Shown piece by piece: positions 1 to 5,163 of a DNA stretch of 5,503 bases. This DNA comes from a virus. A model generated the notes under the pieces. That model did not search any database, was not told the DNA's origin, and saw only the letters and a program-made list of their open reading frames with translations. A program made the position numbers and the translations under genes. Location of the stretch: IMG/VR virus record IMGVR_UViG_3300029478_000049, positions 1-5,503 of that record. The stretch is one strand, 5' to 3'. Position 1 is the first letter of the stretch. Each line of letters starts with the position of its first letter.

Positions 1-77
1 AGACTGCTAAAATGTAGTTGTAAGGTACGCTTGCCCGCTTTCTCATTCTGTGGTATAATCAACACAAGGCAAGTTGT
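1..77. repeat. Terminal redundancy: 1-77 is identical to 5427-5503. The sequence is a circular genome of 5426 nt written with a 77-nt overlap.
   Basis: Direct comparison of the first and last 77 nt (agactgctaaaatgtagttgtaaggtacgc...caaggcaagttgt) shows an exact match. Confidence 0.95.
31..59 (+). promoter_or_regulatory. Candidate sigma70 promoter with an extended -10 element. TTGCCC at 31-36, a 17-nt spacer, TGg at 51-53 and TATAAT at 54-59.
   Basis: The -10 hexamer matches consensus perfectly and is preceded by the TGn extended -10 motif. The -35 is weak (TTG only). The element lies in the long non-coding region upstream of VP3 and is also present in the repeat copy at 5457-5485. Confidence 0.4.
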
Positions 78-96
78 AATACCACAACACATTAAA

Positions 97-133
97 GGCG
101 TTCAGCGTAATGTTGAGCGTCTTTTTTGTTTTT
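97..133 (+). terminator. Possible intrinsic terminator or attenuator. It has a 7-bp stem, 97-103 GGCGTTC pairing with 115-121 GAGCGTC, with two G.U wobble pairs in RNA. A T6-G-T5 run follows at 122-133.
   Basis: Stem pairing was checked base by base, and the stem is immediately followed by a U-rich tract. The stem is short and wobble-containing, so this is weak. Confidence 0.3.
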
Positions 134-135
134 AT

Positions 136-154
136 ATACCGGCTATGCCGGTAT
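136..154. other. GC-rich hairpin ATACCGGC-tat-GCCGGTAT, with an 8-bp stem and a 3-nt loop, flanked by AT-rich sequence.
   Basis: Perfect inverted repeat of 136-143 with 147-154. Possible ssDNA structural element, for example a priming or packaging signal. Confidence 0.4.
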
Positions 155-177
155 GATTGGATTTGCTGTTCGCCAGC

Positions 178-211
178 TGGAACAATCGCTTCACATCTTT
201 GTAACAATCGC
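178..211 (+). repeat. Two direct copies of TGNAACAATCGC, at 178-189 and 200-211, spaced 22 bp centre to centre. Candidate iterons or protein-binding sites.
   Basis: An exact 9-mer AACAATCGC is repeated with a conserved TG two nucleotides upstream. The spacing is about two helical turns. It is located in the non-coding region upstream of VP3. Confidence 0.4.
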
Positions 212-281
212 GGACGAGAATTGAGCCTTACGCAAAACTAACCTGCGCGCCTTGTTAGGTTAAGAAAGGAGATTTTTACGC

Positions 282-725
282 ATGGCTAAGTTTTATACGC
301 TTTACGATGAGCAACCGCCTAAACCTTATGTTGAGATTACACAGCCTTCGCTTGCTGACCAAACATTTGCCGAGGAATGCGATATTCATCATATTATAGC
401 CAACTTCAACACAACCGGCATTGTCGATTCTGTTGGCGCACATGACCCGGCTACTTTGCAGTATGGTGATACTACATTACTCCCGGATTATGAAACAGCC
501 TGCAACCTTGTTGCTAATGTTAATGCAGAGTTTGCAGACTTGCCTTCTAGCGTTCGTGCTGAATTTGGCAATGACCCACGAATGCTGCTTGATGCTCTAA
601 CATCTACTGACGCTAAAGTTGTATCTAGGCTTGAAGAGTTAGGTCTTAAACCTAAAGCTATTGTAGATACTCCGGTAGAACCTGTCACTCCGGTAGCAGG
701 AGAGAGTAATTCACAGCAAAAATAA
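282..725 (+). CDS. VP3-like internal scaffolding protein of gokushovirus type, 147 aa.
   Basis: ATG at 282 with AAGGAG at 266-271 (10-nt spacing). The size is about 150 aa. The protein contains ...QTFAEECDIHHII...TTG... and a C-terminal ...FADLPSSVRAEFGNDP... segment. I recall these as resembling conserved VP3 motifs of Chlamydia-phage-type microviruses (ECDINxI, LPxxxRxxFxNxP). This rests on remembered family features and was not searched. Confidence 0.65.
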   Translation: MAKFYTLYDEQPPKPYVEITQPSLADQTFAEECDIHHIIANFNTTGIVDSVGAHDPATLQYGDTTLLPDYETACNLVANVNAEFADLPSSVRAEFGNDPRMLLDALTSTDAKVVSRLEELGLKPKAIVDTPVEPVTPVAGESNSQQK

Positions 726-764
726 TTTATATGCTAATATTCACTTATGTAGAATAATAACCTT

Positions 765-812
765 GTCACCTTGACCAGTTACCTACTTGATAGTAACTGG
801 TCAAGGTGACAC
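765..812. other. Perfect 19-bp inverted repeat. The arms are TGTCACCTTGACCAGTTAC (765-783) and GTAACTGGTCAAGGTGACA (794-812), with a 10-nt loop CTACTTGATA (784-793). Candidate origin or structural signal in the VP3-VP1 intergenic region.
   Basis: Reverse complementarity was verified base by base, and the repeat breaks exactly at 764/813. The loop plus the start of the right arm reads ACTTGATAGTAAC. This resembles the phiX174 gpA origin core CAACTTG^ATATTAATAAC, where the nick falls between G and A. Confidence 0.6.
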
Positions 813-933
813 AAAATCAGAAAAACCTTCAAAAATAAGCCTTTTATTTATTTTTAATTCCCTTCTGATTTGATAACAAAAATGCCGTTCTCGTGCTTTT
901 TGGTCTTTTAATAAAATTAAGGAGATTTTAAAA

Positions 934-2610
934 ATGGCTCGTGATATTCGTGTTAATCAGTCGCATTTCGCGATGATTCCACAAGCTAATATTCGCCGCT
1001 CCGTGTTCGATAGAAGTCATGTTTATAAGACAACCTTTAATGAAGGCCAGCTTATTCCTTACTTTGTCGACGAAGTAATTCCAGGCGATACGTTCACTCT
1101 TAATCCCGTGGAGTTCTGTCGTTTGGCTACTCCGGTTGTTCCGTTTATGGATAACATTTATATTGAAAGTTTTTTCTTTTTCGTTCCGTCCCGTCTTGTC
1201 TATGATAAATGGGTGAATCTTTGCGGTGAGCAGGAAAATCCTGAAGATTCTACTGACTATTTAGTTCCTACTGTTTCTTTAACCGGCGATATGACAAACA
1301 AGCTCCCCGATTATATGGGTATTGCTTGCAGTAATGGCACTTTCAATAATATTTCTGTTAATTGTTTGCCGTTCCGCTCGTATTGGCTCATTTGGAATGA
1401 GTGGTTCCGCGATGAGAACCTGCAAAAGTCTGTTAAGGTTAGCAAAGGCGAAACTAACACTGTTCTTGATCCTATGGGACAATCTACCGCTAACCCTAAT
1501 TATGGTTTGCCGTCCGGTGTATCTAATTGGTATGACCCGGCTCCTCGTGGAAAAAGATATGACTATTTCACCGGTGCGCTGCCTTGGCCGCAGAAAGGTC
1601 CGGCTGTTGATTTGCCTTTAGGTACATCTGCTAATTTGTCTTTGGCTTCCGGAGCTACTATCAGTTTACCTAGTGCTTCCATGTATAATTCTTCTGACGG
1701 CAGGCAGCATAAAGCAACCGGTATTCTTACTAATGGTTCTCCTGCCGGTGGCATTTATACTTACGAAACTAATTCTACTTCATGGACTGACAAAGCTACT
1801 TCTAATGTGCCGGTTTCCGGTATTAATGGTTGGTCTGTTGATTTAACATCAGCTACCTCTATAACAATTAATTCGCTTCGTCAAGCGTTTATGCTCCAAA
1901 GATACTATGAAATTGATGCTCGTGGTGGTACTCGTTATACTGAAAAACTTCAAGCGCATTTTGGCGTAACTAATCCGGATGCACGGCTTCAACGTCCTGA
2001 GTTTCTCGGCTCGCATAGTAGCATGATGAATATTAATCCGGTTACTCAAACAAGCTCAACCGATTCTACCACTCCACAAGGTAATTTAGCTGCATACGGC
2101 CTTAACGCCCAGCGTTATCATGCCTTTACGAAATCCTTTAGTGAATTTGGTTATGTAATAGGTTTAATAAATGTGCGTGCTGACTTAACTTACCAGCAAG
2201 GTATTAATAAAATGTGGCTGCGTTCTGATGTACTCGACTTCTATTGGCCGTCCTTTGCTCATTTAGGAGAACAGGCTATTCAAAACATTGAAATTTATTG
2301 CCAAGGAAATGAAGATGATAAAAAGGTATTTGGCTATCAAGAACGCTATGCAGAATATCGTTATAAGCCGTCTTTGATTACCGGTCAATTCCGCTCAACC
2401 TATAAAGAACCTTTAGACATTTGGCATTTGTCACAGAAATTTGCTACGCTGCCTACGCTTTCGGATGAGTTTATTCAAGACCACCCGCCTATTAGTCGCG
2501 TAGTTGCTGTTTCGTCCTATCCTCATTTCTTGTTAGATGTCAAATTTAACTTGAAATGCATTCGTCCTATGCCTATGTATGGTATACCCGGCATGATGGG
2601 TCATTTCTAA
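934..2610 (+). CDS. Major capsid protein VP1, the F-protein family of Microviridae. 558 aa.
   Basis: AAGGAG at 919-924, 9 nt before the ATG. The N-terminus MARDIRVNQSHFAMIPQANIRRSVFDRSHVYKTTFNEGQLIPYFVDEVIPGDTF matches the highly conserved start of the microvirus F/VP1 jelly-roll capsid protein (...FDRSH..KTTF..G.LIP...DEVLPGDT...). The length is typical of gokushovirus VP1. Confidence 0.95.
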   Translation: MARDIRVNQSHFAMIPQANIRRSVFDRSHVYKTTFNEGQLIPYFVDEVIPGDTFTLNPVEFCRLATPVVPFMDNIYIESFFFFVPSRLVYDKWVNLCGEQENPEDSTDYLVPTVSLTGDMTNKLPDYMGIACSNGTFNNISVNCLPFRSYWLIWNEWFRDENLQKSVKVSKGETNTVLDPMGQSTANPNYGLPSGVSNWYDPAPRGKRYDYFTGALPWPQKGPAVDLPLGTSANLSLASGATISLPSASMYNSSDGRQHKATGILTNGSPAGGIYTYETNSTSWTDKATSNVPVSGINGWSVDLTSATSITINSLRQAFMLQRYYEIDARGGTRYTEKLQAHFGVTNPDARLQRPEFLGSHSSMMNINPVTQTSSTDSTTPQGNLAAYGLNAQRYHAFTKSFSEFGYVIGLINVRADLTYQQGINKMWLRSDVLDFYWPSFAHLGEQAIQNIEIYCQGNEDDKKVFGYQERYAEYRYKPSLITGQFRSTYKEPLDIWHLSQKFATLPTLSDEFIQDHPPISRVVAVSSYPHFLLDVKFNLKCIRPMPMYGIPGMMGHF

Positions 2611-2626
2611 AAAAGGAGTGATTTAG

Positions 2627-3427
2627 ATGGGTTCCTTTCTTGGCTCTGCTGCTGGAGCTTTTGCTGGTGGCATTTCGTCTATCATTGGCGGTGCTCTTTC
2701 TAACTCTGCTGCTCGCCATGCTGCAACGGTAGCTAATCAGCGTAATATTTATAACTATCAACATCGTTATCAATGGGCTATGGAAGATATGCAAAAAGCT
2801 GGTCTTAATCCTATGTTAGCTGCTACGCAAGGCATTGGTGGTTCTGTTAATGGTGCTTCTGCTCTCTCTGCTAATTACAATTTAGGTGAAGGTGTTACTG
2901 CTGGTATGTCGGCTTCTGCTGCTGGTAACTCCGCTAAGGCTGCTAATCGTCAAGCTCAGGTTGCCGAAAAGATGAGTGATGAACAGATTAAAAATTTGGC
3001 TGCTCAAACTATTCTAGCTGGCTCCAGTGCTAAAAAATATGATGCTGAAACCTATGGTATTTCTGTTGCCAATAAATTGGCTACTGATTCTTATAACGAC
3101 AATTTGGCTTTAGTCAAGCAGAATTTAGCCAATGCTCAGAAGCAAGGCGAATATATCGATGCTCAGAAAGCTAGTCAAATGTATATGATGAATGTGGTTA
3201 TGCCCGCTCAAGCTGCTATGATGTATGCTCAAGGTAATGCTGCTAACAGCTCTGCCGCTTATAATGCGCAGCTGTCCAATGTTGCAAAAGCTGATTACGA
3301 TTATAAAACTTCTCGTAATGCCGATTATAGAAATCTTGGTCTTTCAGATGATGGTTTGCCATGGAATACCATTGGCCGTGCTGCTAATCGCTTGTTTTCT
3401 AGCATTTCTAACTATTTTTCTAAATGA
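2627..3427 (+). CDS. VP2-like minor capsid / DNA pilot protein. 266 aa, Gly/Ala/Ser/Asn-rich.
   Basis: AAGGAG at 2613-2618 with 8-nt spacing. The gene lies immediately downstream of VP1, as in gokushoviruses. The composition is low-complexity, with a G/A-rich N-terminus and a coiled-coil-like middle, typical of VP2 / H-protein analogues. The call rests on position and composition rather than a specific motif. Confidence 0.7.
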   Translation: MGSFLGSAAGAFAGGISSIIGGALSNSAARHAATVANQRNIYNYQHRYQWAMEDMQKAGLNPMLAATQGIGGSVNGASALSANYNLGEGVTAGMSASAAGNSAKAANRQAQVAEKMSDEQIKNLAAQTILAGSSAKKYDAETYGISVANKLATDSYNDNLALVKQNLANAQKQGEYIDAQKASQMYMMNVVMPAQAAMMYAQGNAANSSAAYNAQLSNVAKADYDYKTSRNADYRNLGLSDDGLPWNTIGRAANRLFSSISNYFSK

Positions 3428-3438
3428 GGTGATTAATT

Positions 3439-3708
3439 ATGTCAAACAAAACTACTGCTATTTTGACTTTTCTCGTATCCACAGTTATTCCGTTCATCCA
3501 AGAGGTTGTTGATTTTATTGACATGTTTCGTACCGGCAAGTATAACCGTGAAGGCTCTGCAAGTCTTAAAGCTATCTCTTTGGCCATGCAGGATGATTTG
3601 GTTAACATGCAGAAAAGAGGTACTGACGATGTAAACGGGTTTCGCCACGCGGCAGCAGCTGCGCAAGAAGAGAAAAGTTACTCCCGCTTTTTGGGAAAAA
3701 ATAATTAA
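3439..3708 (+). CDS. Hypothetical 89-aa protein with a predicted N-terminal transmembrane helix (TTAILTFLVSTVIPFIQEVV) and a charged C-terminal tail.
   Basis: GAGGTG at 3426-3431 lies 7 nt before the ATG and overlaps the VP2 stop. The reading frame does not overlap its neighbours. Its hydrophobic N-terminus is unlike any structural microvirus protein. See findings for the lysis hypothesis. Confidence 0.6.
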   Translation: MSNKTTAILTFLVSTVIPFIQEVVDFIDMFRTGKYNREGSASLKAISLAMQDDLVNMQKRGTDDVNGFRHAAAAAQEEKSYSRFLGKNN

Positions 3709-3746
3709 CCTTTTAACCCTTGGTATTTATTTAAGGAGTAAATGTC

Positions 3747-3860
3747 ATGAAAAGAAGTAGAATTTCTCGCGGCAGTTCTCTTCGGAACTTTCGCAATCAT
3801 GCTGTTCCGCGGCTTAAAAATCTTAAATCTCGTAACATGCGCGGCGGTATCCGCATGTAA
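3747..3860 (+). CDS. Small highly basic 37-aa protein, MKRSRISRGSSLRNFRNHAVPRLKNLKSRNMRGGIRM. It is likely a DNA-binding / packaging protein, analogous to phiX174 J or to Chlamydia-phage ORF8.
   Basis: AAGGAG at 3733-3738 lies 8 nt upstream of the ATG at 3747, and the stop is TAA at 3858-3860. 12 of 37 residues are Arg/Lys. The ORF lies between the structural genes and rep, where gokushoviruses encode their small basic DNA-binding protein. It is below the 60-aa cutoff of the supplied ORF track. Confidence 0.55.
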   Translation: MKRSRISRGSSLRNFRNHAVPRLKNLKSRNMRGGIRM

Positions 3861-3877
3861 CAGAAAGTGTGTGTATT

Positions 3878-4822
3878 ATGACTTGCCTTAACCCGATGTT
3901 TGCTAAACGCTCTGCTGTGCCTAACGCTAACGGCAAGTATGAGCTATCAAATTTTGTTGCTTATCGTCAGTTGTTCGGTAAATCTCTTGAATATGCCAAG
4001 GCTGAATTAGCTAATAATTATGCTGTTGTCGTTCCGTGCGGTCAATGCTTAGGCTGCCGTTTGGATAAAGCCAATGACTGGGCCATTCGGTGCGTTCATG
4101 AGGCAAAACTGCATTTGCATAATTGTTTTATAACGCTAACCTATAACGATGATTGCCTTCCAGCTGACTGTTCGTTGCATCGTGATCATTTGCAGCTTTT
4201 TTTCAAGCGACTTCGTCGCTACCTTGATTATCATGATAATTCTAAGATACGTTTTCTGTGTTGCGGTGAGTATGGCGATCTTAATCGCAGGCCGCATTAT
4301 CATATTCTTTGCTTTGGTTGGTTTCCTGCTGATGTCCGGAAAGTTTCGGCGTTGACAGCTGGTTACAATCTCTTTCGTTCTCCCACTCTGGAGCGGCTTT
4401 GGCCGTATGGTTTTAATACTGTAGGTGCTATTACCTTTGAATCTGCCCGCTATGTCGCAAAATATAGTCTTAAAAAGCAGACCGGTAAAAATGCCTGCAT
4501 GTATGACGCTCTAGGTATATCTCCGGAGTTTGTCGGCAGCTCTCTTAAGCCAGGTATAGGAGCTGATTATTTTGGCCGTTATTCTGAGGATATTTTTAAA
4601 CTAGGCTTTGTTACAATTAATGGAGCTAAGTATAAAATACCTCGCTATTATCAAACTTTATTTGAGCGCAGCAATCCCGTTTGGTATAGTATATACAAGC
4701 AGCAAAGGGCCGAAAATGCTAAGGCTGCTGTTATTGATTGTAAAAGGCTGGAAGCCAAGGAGAAGATTTTAAAGCACCGGCAGGAACAATTTGAGCGTGA
4801 TTTTGATAATTTAGGTTTGTAA
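3878..4822 (+). CDS. Replication initiation protein VP4, a gpA-like rolling-circle endonuclease. It is 314 aa from the ATG at 3878, or 317 aa from an alternative in-frame GTG at 3869.
   Basis: The translation shows rolling-circle Rep motifs: CFITLTY (motif I), PHYHILCFG (the HxH metal-binding motif II) and ARYVAKYSLKK (the catalytic YxxKY motif III). The N-terminus MTCLNPM is typical of microvirus Rep proteins. No strong SD is present, so initiation may be coupled to the upstream small ORF, which ends at 3860. Confidence 0.9.
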   Translation: MTCLNPMFAKRSAVPNANGKYELSNFVAYRQLFGKSLEYAKAELANNYAVVVPCGQCLGCRLDKANDWAIRCVHEAKLHLHNCFITLTYNDDCLPADCSLHRDHLQLFFKRLRRYLDYHDNSKIRFLCCGEYGDLNRRPHYHILCFGWFPADVRKVSALTAGYNLFRSPTLERLWPYGFNTVGAITFESARYVAKYSLKKQTGKNACMYDALGISPEFVGSSLKPGIGADYFGRYSEDIFKLGFVTINGAKYKIPRYYQTLFERSNPVWYSIYKQQRAENAKAAVIDCKRLEAKEKILKHRQEQFERDFDNLGL

Positions 4823-4877
4823 AAGTTGTAAAAAGTTGCAAAAAGTTGTTGACAGTTGCTATTTCACATGATATAAT
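4821..4877 (+). promoter_or_regulatory. Strong sigma70 promoter: TTGACA (4849-4854), a 17-nt spacer, then TG-a-TATAAT (TG at 4869-4870, hexamer at 4872-4877). It is preceded by three 10-bp tandem A-tract repeats, AAAAGTTGYW, at 4821/4831/4841, giving an UP-element-like phased bend.
   Basis: Both hexamers match consensus exactly, the spacer length is optimal and an extended -10 TG is present. The A4-5 tracts repeat at exactly 10-bp periodicity, spanning about -30 to -60. The predicted transcription start is near 4884. The downstream gene has GAGGT at 4891-4895 and ATG at 4903. Confidence 0.75.
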
Positions 4878-4902
4878 ATATACAGAAAGTGAGGTAAGCA
4901 AT

Positions 4903-5163
4903 ATGTTAAAAGATTACTATTTTTCTTCTTTCATTGGTACTAAATGCACTCTTAAGCCTTCTACTATTAAAGCTGTTGAGGAAATTCTTTCTCGCCAAGC
5001 ATGTTTTCCTACCTATGGACGTTATCGCTCTTATTGCAAACGTGTTCAATCATTTGGCAAATGTTTCCTTTGGTGTGGTTTTTACTTTGAAGTTGCTGAA
5101 GGGTGCAGAAATAAGCTTTTGTGTATTTTAAAAGCTGATTCTCTAGATAATGAGGTGAATTAA
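4903..5163 (+). CDS. Hypothetical Cys-rich 86-aa protein with 7 Cys.
   Basis: ATG at 4903 with GAGGT 8 nt upstream, directly downstream of the consensus promoter. The 105-aa version in the ORF track starts at a TTG inside the promoter, so I place the start at 4903. There is no recognisable family. Either this ORF or the next may be the VP5 / protein-C analogue. Confidence 0.55.
   Translation: MLKDYYFSSFIGTKCTLKPSTIKAVEEILSRQACFPTYGRYRSYCKRVQSFGKCFLWCGFYFEVAEGCRNKLLCILKADSLDNEVN

Noticed and set aside
176-195. A sigma54-like element at CTGGAACAATCGCTTCA.
   Set aside because: The spacing between the GG and GC dinucleotides does not fit the -24/-12 consensus TGGCAC-N5-TTGC.
488-688. Minus-strand ORFs 488-688, 1279-1482, 1563-1754, 1849-2049, 2573-2794, 3420-3608, 3442-3666, 5160-5375 and 5309-5491.
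   Set aside because: All are antisense to well-supported plus-strand genes. Microviridae transcribe only one strand. None has a convincing SD, and their products are low-complexity.
813-933. A search for a sigma70 promoter between the hairpin and the VP1 start.
   Set aside because: TTGATA at 870-875 has no acceptable -10 at 16-18-nt spacing. The TAAAAT/TAATAA candidates are too close to the SD. No supportable promoter call.
1322-1621. Plus-strand alternative-frame ORFs inside VP1 (1322-1621), rep (4149-4355) and the Cys-rich ORF (4934-5131).
   Set aside because: Two begin at a non-ATG start (TTG at 1322) or lack an SD. All are embedded in conserved genes and show no coding signature. Treated as spurious.
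3225-3512. Very hydrophobic 95-aa ORF in an alternative frame overlapping the VP2 3' end and the start of the 89-aa ORF, an E-like overprinted gene.
   Set aside because: No SD upstream of its ATG. Hydrophobic alternative-frame ORFs are expected by chance in GCT/T-rich coding sequence. A free-standing TM protein gene exists right next to it. Low prior, not excluded.
3869-3877. GTG at 3869 as the rep start, as in the ORF track.
   Set aside because: The downstream ATG at 3878 gives the canonical MTCLNP... N-terminus. Neither has a good SD. Kept as an alternative in the feature note rather than as a separate feature.
4846-4902. A 105-aa version of the Cys-rich ORF starting at 4846.
   Set aside because: The start codon is TTG lying inside the -35 / spacer of the consensus promoter. 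ATG 4903 has a proper GAGGT SD and lies downstream of the predicted transcription start.
4898-4912. ATATGTTAAAA resembles the XerD arm of the dif site (TTATGTTAAAT), which is relevant because some enterobacterial gokushovirus prophages integrate at dif.
   Set aside because: Only the 11-nt arm matches, at 9/11. The central region and the XerC arm do not align. It also overlaps the start codon of a gene. Most likely chance.
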